Assembly (NCBI GenBank): GCA_024704765.1
Contig: JAKMXF010000321.1
Location: 310,001-374,000 of the forward strand
DNA: 64,000 nucleotides
Origin: Oopsacas minuta
Lineage: Eukaryota; Animalia; Porifera
Direction: 5' to 3'
The notes beneath the pieces are model-generated. The model saw only the letters and a program-made list of their open reading frames with translations, ran no database searches and was not told where the DNA came from. Shown piece by piece: positions 54,772 through 64,000 of the stretch. Every line of letters begins with the position of its first letter. Positions within the stretch are counted from its first letter, which is position 1. Position numbers and translations under genes: made by a program.

Positions 54772-55890
54772 ATGGAAGATCAAAGACCAGCTATCTATGA
54801 AAAATTCTACCAATCCGCTTCACGAGTATTAACTTGGATAGAATTCGCTCCTTTACCATTCACAATCACATGCTCTATCATTTGGATAATAACCTCCATC
54901 CATCTCTTATGCAAGAGGGACTATAACGGAACGCCGAGTCAGCATAGGAAATCATTGAGACTGCATTACGTCACAGCTCTACATAGACAACGTATTGTTC
55001 AATACGCATTGTTACTGATCGCAGTATCAAGCATATGTACTGATTTAACATTAACAGCCATAACTGCATACAAAGCGCAGTCACTGCTTAAGCCAACTAA
55101 CAATAGCAATAACAATAGCAATACTACCAGATGTCACATAGAAACAGGTCAGTGGGGTCATTTAGATGGCTATAAATGGTTGTACATCTCTTGGCTCGTT
55201 CCAATGACAATATTTGCACAAGCATACTACTGGAGCATTGCTTTAATCCCGATAACAACTAAATCATACTTCAACACTAAGCCAAGCCAAAAGCATTTCA
55301 TCTTCGTTGCTGTCTACATACTCATACGCGATATTTTCATGGCCATTTTGTGGATAAATCCTTTTACTATTCCATTGGGAATAATAACCAGCATTATAAC
55401 TACTGTATTAGACTGGGTACTGATAATGTACTATTTCTATACAGGCTATCGTGTAGCTAAAAATAGCATAGAGGCTATTCTAAAAGGGGCAGATGATAGG
55501 GAAGGAATTGATAGCAATTTCATACCCAAATTGAGAACTCTATTCACCGCTTTTTGCATTGTATTCTCTATCATAATGGTATCTGTGTTGCAGGCGTTTC
55601 TAATAGGGTTCGTATTACCAATGATTGTCTATCCAAATTGCTGGTTAAAACTGCTCTATTCGAGTTCTGTTGATGATAGTTGGACCTTCGGAAAGGATCA
55701 TGTAACAGCCTTTACTATTATTCAAATGATTTCAATGCTGGAAATTCGCGTGGTGATTTGTATATGGAGAGTAGTGTTTATAGCACTTAGTGTATTCGCG
55801 TTTATTTTAATAATCAAATTTAAAATGAAACAGAAAGAAGGAAGGAAATTGAAGAGAAAAGCTGTGAAAGAAACCACTCGACTTCTCTGA
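54772..55890 (+). CDS. Orphan 7TM receptor-like protein 9 (solo, divergent), 372 aa
   Basis: Seven TM segments; ECL1 TRCHIETGQW with N-glycan sequons, ECL3 YPNCWL, ends ETTRLL. Confidence 0.82.
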   Translation: MEDQRPAIYEKFYQSASRVLTWIEFAPLPFTITCSIIWIITSIHLLCKRDYNGTPSQHRKSLRLHYVTALHRQRIVQYALLLIAVSSICTDLTLTAITAYKAQSLLKPTNNSNNNSNTTRCHIETGQWGHLDGYKWLYISWLVPMTIFAQAYYWSIALIPITTKSYFNTKPSQKHFIFVAVYILIRDIFMAILWINPFTIPLGIITSIITTVLDWVLIMYYFYTGYRVAKNSIEAILKGADDREGIDSNFIPKLRTLFTAFCIVFSIIMVSVLQAFLIGFVLPMIVYPNCWLKLLYSSSVDDSWTFGKDHVTAFTIIQMISMLEIRVVICIWRVVFIALSVFAFILIIKFKMKQKEGRKLKRKAVKETTRLL

Positions 55891-56441
55891 GATAGACATC
55901 AACAACAACAAACATAAACAAACACGTGTATTGTAATGTGTTAATATTTTATATAATAAACTATATTGCTCAATATTTACATATAATTATGACACAATAC
56001 AACTGTGACAAAACATGATTGCATAATGGAGTTTAAGTCATATTTATTGCACAATACGAGTCCATATAGAAAATCATATAAAAGTACAATAAATGTATAT
56101 TCTCAAATTATTATTATCGTATCTTAAGATAATCAGGACATTATAATACAGGTTTGTGAGGTGTGACAATCCTCCCGTGTTTTTAAGCAGTAGAGTTCAG
56201 AAATTTTGTATTTTCAATAGTCATGCAACACACCGCGATGTTGGATAAGCCCTGTCATTGTTTCGTTTGAGAATCGAATGCTAATTAATTCTTTCATCTA
56301 TGTATAGCATTGAAATAGATAGTGTGACAGACTACTGAAAGTTCACTTCATAGGTTCTTGTCACCATTCCTTTAGGGTCTCCACCGGGCTGGCAATATCT
56401 CAAACATGTATTACAAACAATGTGCAACTGGAATTTTGAAA

Positions 56442-56593
56442 TGCAGTTAACTTTCCGATATATCGAAGCTTATTGGACCACGAAAATTACTTCGATATAC
56501 GCTATGAAGTTACTTTGACGGTTTGGGACCATATTTGTACATTTTCAGACTTCAATATAAGCTGGTATTTCGGTATAAGGGAAGTTGACTGTA
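56442..56593. mobile_element. MITE family A
   Basis: tgcagttaactttccgatatatcgaagct, core gttactttgacggtttgggaccatatttgtac, right end gggaagttgactgta. Confidence 0.8.
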
Positions 56594-56820
56594 AATCTTA
56601 AACTTCATTGCTATAAAGACATGACCTGAAAATATGTATCTACCATTTAAGGCTAAATTATGCGGGTAACATATATGCGATACAATCTCTATCACCGCCA
56701 CTGATAACCAGGCCATATACCTATAGATTACTGATTGCATCACGTTTCTATAAAAAGATGAAAATGGCTTAATATATCAAATTGCAGTAATTGTTCAATA
56801 GGACTGAGTGTGTAGTAAAT

Positions 56821-57720
56821 ATGTCCTGTGTTATTTGCTATACAAACGAAGCAATGGGCTTACCTTGCTGTTCTGGAAAAGTTTGTGACTACTGTCTCAC
56901 GCTACACATCAACACTCAACTCCGTGATGGTAATCATATGATAAAATGTCCTTGTCATCGTTGTGATAACAGACTAAGCGATGAAACGATGCGTCGTGTG
57001 ATGACAGAGAGCATGGGAGAGAGACAATACCTCCTGGAGGTTAACGCTAATAAAGACCCGACAGTAAAATTATGTCCCAAATGTAACCTCGTAACGACTA
57101 AAACAAAGATGGAACTTTTCAAGATGAAACGATCGAAAGGTAACAAAAATAATTCAGAGATATATTGTATGACAGTTTGTATACGATGTAACCACGAATG
57201 GTGTTTCTTGTGTTACGCACCATGGCATCATGGAATGTCGTGTAAGGAAGCAAAAAGTGAAGCACAAGACTTCGTAAGATTCTGGAGCAAGAAACAAACT
57301 ACAAATCGTGGACAGCGTAACGCTTATCCCTGTCCCTATTGTGGAATATATATTGAGAGGAACGGTGGATGTCCTAGCATGGAGTGCACTAGGTGTCGCA
57401 CCAAATGGTGCTATCTATGCGGACAGCAAAAATACTTATTCATTCCATTATTCGGACATCATGATGATCCTTTCAGCGTGCTAGGCTGCACACAGGGAGT
57501 ACATTTATTTGATGGGGATTATGAAGTTACGAGGCGAGTGAGGAGAGGGATATTCGTTACACAAGTTGTTCTAATAGTCCTAATAACTGTTCCCTTCTTG
57601 TTACTGACGTTACCTATACTCCCCATTATACTATTAATAGGGAGCACTGTACTGGTGTCTGTTTGTGTACATAAATTGCTGAATAAGATGAAGACTAGCT
57701 GGAATATGGAAGAGTATTGA
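56821..57720 (+). CDS. RNF217: RBR E3 ubiquitin ligase, RNF217-like (first ATG at 56821; the ORF track starts at a TTG)
   Basis: RING1 CVICY..CCSGKVCDYC..CPCHRC, IBR CPKC..CIRCNHEWCFLCYAPWHHGMSC, RING2 CPYC..GGCPSMECTRCRTKWCYLC, then FGHHDDPFSVLGC and a C-terminal TM helix. Confidence 0.8.
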   Translation: MSCVICYTNEAMGLPCCSGKVCDYCLTLHINTQLRDGNHMIKCPCHRCDNRLSDETMRRVMTESMGERQYLLEVNANKDPTVKLCPKCNLVTTKTKMELFKMKRSKGNKNNSEIYCMTVCIRCNHEWCFLCYAPWHHGMSCKEAKSEAQDFVRFWSKKQTTNRGQRNAYPCPYCGIYIERNGGCPSMECTRCRTKWCYLCGQQKYLFIPLFGHHDDPFSVLGCTQGVHLFDGDYEVTRRVRRGIFVTQVVLIVLITVPFLLLTLPILPIILLIGSTVLVSVCVHKLLNKMKTSWNMEEY

Positions 57721-58191
57721 GTAGCTGAGATTTCTAGTACTTTAGAATGATAAGTAATGACTGTTGATTTCAATGATAGATATTTATAAATAGCTCTTGT
57801 TGTCTGTTTGTTTTTGTGTTTACTGTAGGCTTTCACGCAAAATGCTTCAGCAGCGGTCTTAAGGGACAAAGAGGGCATGCCACAGGTTAACATTTATGTC
57901 CTACACCTCGGCCTCGCGTCTGTTAGCTCCTCTAACCACCACTGCCTTCTACAGATTTTGTCCGGGGTTTAAAATCCTGACCAGGGTATGCCAGATCCTG
58001 AGACCACCCTACAGGGCTTAATCAGGGAAATATGGTATGTATAAAGTTTGACCGAATTATGTCATATACATTGAAAAATCATTAAAGGCTGTATCTAGTT
58101 ATTTTAGCTCCATATACCAAATAATATGTTTTAAATAATTACTGTATTCCAGGAAATAAATGAGCAATTAATAAATACAATGAATAACATT

Positions 58192-61100
58192 TCACAGCTG
58201 TACATTATGCTCTGGATGAAATGAAAACACAAGATTCTTAAGCAGTAGACAGATAGAATTTATCACGCCTGGGTTATTCTCTATGACCTCCTCCGTCACG
58301 ATGCTTGTACCAACTTTTTCTTTAACACTACCATCTTCTCCAGTTTCTACAGATATCTCATCTTTGTTATCTATAACTGGTTCAATGGTATCTCTTGTTT
58401 TTACTTCAGTATTTTCAGTATTCTTATTCTTAACAATCTCATTTTGTGGATTATTTCTTTCAGTAATACCGTTATTCTCTCTATCTCTGATTGCATTATC
58501 AACCTGCTGGAATCTTGGTATATTAACCCTATTAATTCTGAACACTCCCAATTGGTATAGAAAAGTCAGAGCACTGAATGCAATAACCAAATAGAATTTA
58601 TACTGAGGAGCAAACTGATAAGTTATGTAGAGTAGTAAGGATAGACGGACTATGAGATTAATAGCTGTTACGATAGCGTTCTGCTCCTGAGCTTCTTCTA
58701 GTCCAACTCCTGCAGGTCTACCCCCGAGGAAGTCAAACTCCTCTCTGTCATCTGCTGGCAAAGGGTTAGGTGGGGGTTCTTGGTTCTCATCGGGAGTTGG
58801 GGCATTTTGAGCATTTTGAGTGTGTGTATGTTCTATGAAAGAGAATATTATCATAAACAGTACTAATGAAACTCAGGAAAAAAATTAACGAATTTCGCCA
58901 TTTTTCGTAACGGTTTGACTAGTTTTTTAAGATTTAGAGAGTGTCAGTATTTAGAATCATTACTGGCAATTTTTCATAAATAAACTTAGGTCAGAACTCA
59001 AAAAAAACTATTCTGCTCCCGCGATGCCTGGATTATCTCGGGAAATATGAACATTCTCTTATTAAGAACTCAGTTGGTGGTCTCAATAAAATCATTCCAA
59101 TCGGATTTGTATTAAATCAAGTTCGTTAATATGAAGTCTCATTATTATGAACAAGATTTTTGATCCCGTGGGATGTCAATAAGCAACCCTGACTGTACAG
59201 GGAACTATCGAAATTTCGAGAATTATTAAAGCTTTAAAGGGTGGTAAGTATTCAAGTGTCAGTAAGAAAATCTTAAACGCGTACTATCATTTTGTAGTGT
59301 ATTAATGTAGTTGTAGTATTGTAGAGCTGAATAGTAAGGGTTAAGATTAGGGCTAGGAGTTTCGTTTGGTGGTAAAGTTTCTTTTGAGAGAGATAAGAAT
59401 TCCTGTATTGTAGAGTTATCTGAAGCAACAGCTAGCCATAAGGTGTAGCTGGCTGTAGAGAAATTAGTTGTATCAGAATTGAGTTTAAATATGTTTGAGA
59501 GACTGACTGTATCCTCCAAGCGATTTCCTTTAAAGTAGATGACCTATTTAAGTGAAATATATTAAAATTACTTGAGAGCACGTTGCTCTAGTCTGTTCGT
59601 CCTAATTAACCGACATATACTACAACTCGGTTAGTACTTACTCGTAATAGGCTTAAGACGCATACTCCGTGTTACGTACTTTTCTCCAAAATCGATTATC
59701 AATTCTTGTATTAATTGCATAAGAAGGATACACGGATAAGAAGTACTTCGGTTAGTATGTACTAATTTTTGTTTTCCAAGGGGATATGTCTTATACTAGT
59801 TCTAATGTATTTTTGTGTTTTATCAATTCTCCCTGAATTCTGTAATAATTAAGCAGAATGTAAGTAGCATAAAGTTACGGTACCCAAATGTGTGTATTAA
59901 CAAAAGCCTACCTTATACATGTAGTATTCACAATTTTGCATATCTACTTCACAAACATTACGGATATAAATATTGTGAAGTATTTAAAAGACTGTAGTGG
60001 CGAGACATAAACACATAATGAACACCATATCCGCATATTCCCACCTAATATACAAAATAGCCTTCAATTTTGAAGATGTAAATCCCATTATAAATGACAT
60101 ACAGTATAATCTCTATGCAAACCATAGAATACTATGAAAGAATGAATATTCTTATAAAACCATTTCACTAAGCAATAGTAAATGTATTAAGTAACAGTAC
60201 AATTATTATTATTTTTAGAAGTGATAATTGTTTATTAATAAGTCATTTGTTTATATATTTGTTGTCATAAAAGTGTGAAAGTTGTATACAAGTCAAACCA
60301 GTGAAAATTGGTAAGTTGGGGGTAGTTAGGAGGAAATTAGGAGATTTTATTGAAATATTTAGCTGAAATATTCCACGTTTTAGCTCTGAAATCTCTATTT
60401 ATACTTTTCCCAATTCTTTGCAACCCTAAAATGGCCGCGGATATAAGTATAATGGCAAACCAATATTTAGTGAGTACTACAATTGTTAGATGAGATTACA
60501 TGAGCACAGTTTTTGGAGATATCTCCTGGATTACAAGCCAATTTATATTTGATTTACAATACTGCCAATATATGCGAGAATTGTAAAATGGATTATTAAA
60601 TTATAAGGATGAAGCCAAATGTGTCAATTTGCTACAATCACCTTCCTATATATCAAAGCTCAAGGGACCGCGATATTTACTTCAACGTAACTGGTTTAAT
60701 ATATGTTACTTTGACGGTTTGGGACCATATTTGTACAATTTAAGACTTCGATGTACCCGGGTATTTGATATATCCGTGCTCGATATAACAAGAGTTGACT
60801 GCACTTATATCGATGCTTAAGTTGTTCAAATATGGTCCCAAACCGTCAAATCAATATATATATATTCCATCAGTTATATAGAAGTTCTTATCGAGGTCCC
60901 TTAAGCTTCGATATAACGGGAGGTGACTGTTGTTCTATATGTTTATGCAACAATACATTCTAATATCCAGTGTAATCTCACTGTATTGTAATGAGTGCAG
61001 GTCTTCTAGCTTCCTACAGTTTTGACTGTATGAATATCTCGCAGTGAAACTAAATGTCTATCAGTGGCAGTCTCGACACAAATATGGTTCTTCTAAAAAA

Positions 61101-63228
61101 TTCAGTAAACTTCAAAACGGGGCATATTTCAAACTACAAAGTCTTTATTCAGGTATTAGAGTATTTAGAATCTTACAAAATGACGCAAGAGGATTTACGG
61201 AAAACTGAAATTGGAAATCATTTTAACACAATCAGGAAATTGATCAATGACACCGTTTTAGCAAAACGACTCAAAGATTTGGTTCGATTATGGTATCGAC
61301 AGGAGGAACAGAGAAAGGAGGCGGTACGTAAGCCTCCTGTTTTTGCCAACGGGGACACTAAGGGAGCAACCTCACATTCCAATCCAGTACCAATCCATCC
61401 AACATCCATCCAAAAACACAAAAATAAAATGTACACCAGTTTTAACAATAAAATACCATCTCCACAACCTCCAAACACAGCGTTTAAAATATCAATTCCA
61501 CTCTCAAAAATCCTGCTTCATATCAACAACACACAAACATCTTTTAACGTTTCCAATAATAATTCATATAAACATACTGTACATAAAATACCTCAACAAA
61601 CACAACCATCTAGTGAAATACAACAAATTCCTCACACAACAGCTCCAATACAAACTGAGCATATAACTGAAATTGTTGAGGAGACTGATTTAGACCTGTC
61701 TAATCCCCTAGGGGCGACCCCACCTCATAAACCTGAGAAGTTTCCATACAGGACAGAGGATGGGGTAACCATGGGTGATGGTAGGACATATCTATGGACT
61801 GATCCTGTTGTCATAGAAGAGACTTGTTTAGTGATACGACCATACGCTTCACTGTGTGAATGGGAAGATCAGCTGACTCTACGGCTAACACATTAGAAAG
61901 TTTGCAATAAGTTGAACTAAGAGATTGGTTTGATTCTTTTATTAATCCTATTAAATATTTGATATACAAACATTATTGATTTAATTCTAGAAGTCATTAG
62001 TTTTTTCAATTATATTAGTTACAAATATTTTCCTGAATGCGAACTGCGAATGATGGGACACAGAAATTCTAAGGACCTTGTCTTAAATGGACAAGGTTTA
62101 TAATCGTAATGAAGGAAGGGACGCACATATTACGCCGCAGCGGTTCCAAACCATTTTCACCTATAGACCCCCTCCCATTGACTACAATCCAAATTTCAAG
62201 ATCCTATGGACCCCTGCTGTCGTCCATGGACACCAGGTTGGGGACTAGTGGATTAGTTGTACTGCTCAATATATTAAACACAATTACTGTTAGCATTATA
62301 TCTTGAGAAATTCCCAGCTCTACTCGTTCTTTAATGCGCCAATTTGAAAATATTTTTGTTTAGGGAATCTTATTAGAAATATGTGTGTATGTAATTGAAT
62401 TAGATTTTGACTTAACAAATGACGTCATATCTTAAGAAAGGTACAAAAGTGAAAGGACCCAAACAGTTGTCTCGTACAGTCATGGCCATGAAGTTCATGA
62501 AACGGCGAATTGTTAACGAAGAGCAATCAGATGAGAACAAAATAGCTCCAGTTGATGCTTGGTACGCTCTGGCCCCCCCGGATACCAAGAAGCCGAGAAA
62601 ACCTCCGGAGACTCTAAGTTACGCCGGTTGTATGGATTTGTTAGAAAACGGACATTTGTCGTTTGGGAATTTTAACGTAAACGTGGAGAAGGAGATGGAA
62701 GCGATGAAACGGGGAGACACAGGGGAACTATCAGAGAGTGATAAATCTGTCTCTGACAACGAAATGGCAGATAGGTATGTACTAAAACTATCATATGAAA
62801 ATCATATTAATGATATAAATTGCTGTAAATAATTTCTATTCATCAAGGTATGACAATCTGATCGGAACAATTGGTAAGAAGGTAAAGAGGAAGCAAGGCT
62901 ACCACATCGACTTTATAGACACAGAATCTAATATCCCAAAGAAAAAACGAAAAATAAAGAAGAAATTCAACAACCAGCAAAAGTAGTAATTATTGAAATA
63001 GCATAGAATTCAATTAAAATACACATAATAGTATGTTGGTATATTAGAGCAGTGGTTCACAACCCTTTTCACCTGATTTTCTGTAGAATAGTGCCTTGGA
63101 TGAATATTTTGAATTTGTGATTTGACTCTAGAAATATTCCAATATACCTCACATTCAATAGAGACATCTGAGTACTCTTCATCATTAGTACGAATAGAAA
63201 CTTGTATTAAGTCATTAGCTGTTGCCAT
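58192..63228 (-). CDS. HERPUD1: HERPUD1/2-like ER membrane ubiquitin-like protein; exons 63073..63228, 59285..59543, 58192..58832
   Basis: The UBL domain is split across exons 1 and 2 (DVSIECEVYWNISRVKSQIQNIHP..ENQ|VIYFKGNRLED). Phase-0 and phase-1 GT-AG junctions are consistent. C-terminal hydrophobic hairpin (LIVRLSLLLYITY..FLYQLGVF) and terminal LVFSFHPE are HERP-like. Confidence 0.8.
60633..60930. mobile_element. Two adjacent, oppositely oriented MITE family A copies
   Basis: 60633-60803 carries the core ttgacggtttgggaccatatttgtacaattt; 60804-60930 carries its reverse complement (aaatatggtcccaaaccgtcaa) and ends gggaggtgactgt. Confidence 0.8.
61054..61896 (+). CDS. MED26: Mediator subunit 26, compact (about 280 aa), nested in HERPUD intron 1; 5' end uncertain
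   Basis: TFIIS-N domain VLEYLESYKMTQEDLRKTEIG..IRKL..LAKRLKDLVRLW plus C-terminal EDGVTMGDGRTYLWTD..LVIRPY, like the MED26 C-terminal motif. Confidence 0.8.
   Translation: MSISGSLDTNMVLLKNSVNFKTGHISNYKVFIQVLEYLESYKMTQEDLRKTEIGNHFNTIRKLINDTVLAKRLKDLVRLWYRQEEQRKEAVRKPPVFANGDTKGATSHSNPVPIHPTSIQKHKNKMYTSFNNKIPSPQPPNTAFKISIPLSKILLHINNTQTSFNVSNNNSYKHTVHKIPQQTQPSSEIQQIPHTTAPIQTEHITEIVEETDLDLSNPLGATPPHKPEKFPYRTEDGVTMGDGRTYLWTDPVVIEETCLVIRPYASLCEWEDQLTLRLTH
62138..62250. mobile_element. hAT-like short element (family D)
   Basis: cagcggttccaaacc left end; interior shared with 3328-3406. Confidence 0.55.
62419..62986 (+). CDS. MPHOSPH6: M-phase phosphoprotein 6 (exosome cofactor); exons 62419..62774 and 62848..62986, nested in HERPUD intron 1
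   Basis: LSRTVMAMKFMKRR, GHLSFGNFNVNVEKEM, VSDNEMADR|YDNLIGTIGKK after a phase-2 GT-AG splice. Confidence 0.88.
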
Positions 63229-63348
63229 ATTTACTGGAGCTAATATTTTGTTATTGTAAGAAACGAACAGATTTTCATTATACATAATACATACATGCAA
63301 AATAGTTATAAGTAATGTAGAACCTTAGCTTAACACAGGGAAATATGG

Positions 63349-63506
63349 TACAGTGTAACCTCCACAGACGGAGCTTGTGGAAACGAACTTCTTGGAGACG
63401 CAGCGAAAATAAAGTGAATTCCTAGTCCAACCATATAATTGAGCCTCCACAAAAGGGGTAGCATTTTTTGGCGTCCCTTGCACCTATTAGTGTAGGTTAC
63501 ACTGTA
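63349..63506. mobile_element. MITE family B, full-length
   Basis: Perfect 13-bp inverted ends tacagtgtaacct / aggttacactgta including the TA site; lies in the divergent promoter gap. Confidence 0.82.
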
Positions 63507-63789
63507 ATACCTCGCACTACCTGAATATATGATAATACATGAATCAACTATTAAGATGAACTCTTATACGTACATCCATGGACAGCATGAATAAGAGATT
63601 TATAGCTAGACAACATTGTAAATACATTAAAGTGGTTCTCAACAAGGAATCCACTGTATGTTATATAAGAATACGCTGCACAAGTATAAGTATGTAATAT
63701 ATTATTAGGAAATTGGGGAATTGCTTTCAGTCATATATATATTTTAACCAAATTAAATCTTCCAAGTAAAGATTAATTAGCTCAGATTG

Positions 63790-64000
63790 ATGGAGGAAGA
63801 TGGATTTACTTTGGTCACAAATAAAAAACGAAAACTTAAGAAAGCAAAATTCATCCCGCATAAAGGCTATTCGCCTCATGATCTTGCAGCGGGATTTAGT
63901 AAAGAAGAACTAAAAGCCAGTGTTGAAAAATGCTATCAAGAACTAATGAACAGTCCGTTTATACAAGAAATAGACTTGATCGTGGATAAATTAAAAGAAC
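63790..64000 (+). CDS. 5' part of a gene running off the window, possibly SRR1-domain protein
   Basis: MEEDGFTLVTNKKRKLKK..ELKASVEKCYQELMNSPFIQEI is open to the window edge. The F-T-x-V-x-x-K-K-R start is typical of SRRD homologues; weak call. Confidence 0.45.
   Translation, partial: MEEDGFTLVTNKKRKLKKAKFIPHKGYSPHDLAAGFSKEELKASVEKCYQELMNSPFIQEIDLIVDKLKE

Noticed and set aside
57355-57400. RING2 GGCPSM lacks the His usually two residues after the catalytic Cys
   Set aside because: RNF144-type RBR ligases also lack this His, so it does not indicate inactivation.
63229-63300. N-terminal extension of the 63010-63300 ORF and its read-through past 63073
   Set aside because: The UBL homology starts at MATAND (63228) and a GT donor follows ENQ; the flanking codons are UTR or intron.
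1-64000. tRNA, rRNA, snRNA genes or an autonomous transposon
   Set aside because: No cloverleaf with A/B boxes, rRNA-like block or transposase/RT ORF was recognised by eye. Small ncRNAs (e.g. intronic snoRNAs) cannot be excluded without Infernal or tRNAscan-SE.

Overview
Eukaryotic, AT-rich, very gene-dense animal DNA: about 29 intact protein genes plus one pseudogene in 64 kb, with short GT-AG introns and many intronless genes. The gene set and compactness suggest a non-bilaterian animal, possibly a glass sponge; this is a guess and needs a BLAST check. Order: CHAF1A (5'-partial), stand-alone MoaC/MOCS1B, 12-exon SKI3/TTC37, TKFC, CEP85-like, intronless CHD1/2, STX17, RAB18, AIFM3, SWEET, IST1, profilin, PFKFB, NKAPD1, a solo 7TM gene, RNF217-like, HERPUD-like, and a 3'-partial SRR1-like gene. 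The main discovery is not visible in the ORF track. RAB18 can be rebuilt from seven small exons (25259-41318), and its 14,736-nt third intron holds eight intact, intronless, highly diverged paralogues of an unrecognised seven-transmembrane family. These lack DRY and NPxxY, share an ECL1 Cys and an ECL3 N-x-C-W motif, and mostly end in an LL/LI pair; a ninth member lies at 54772. Two more hosts carry nested genes: the last SWEET intron holds a secreted-protein gene plus a pseudogene, and HERPUD intron 1 holds MED26 and MPP6 on the opposite strand. Several families of short TIR elements (MITEs) fill introns and intergenic gaps. No rRNA, tRNA, CRISPR array or autonomous transposase was seen.
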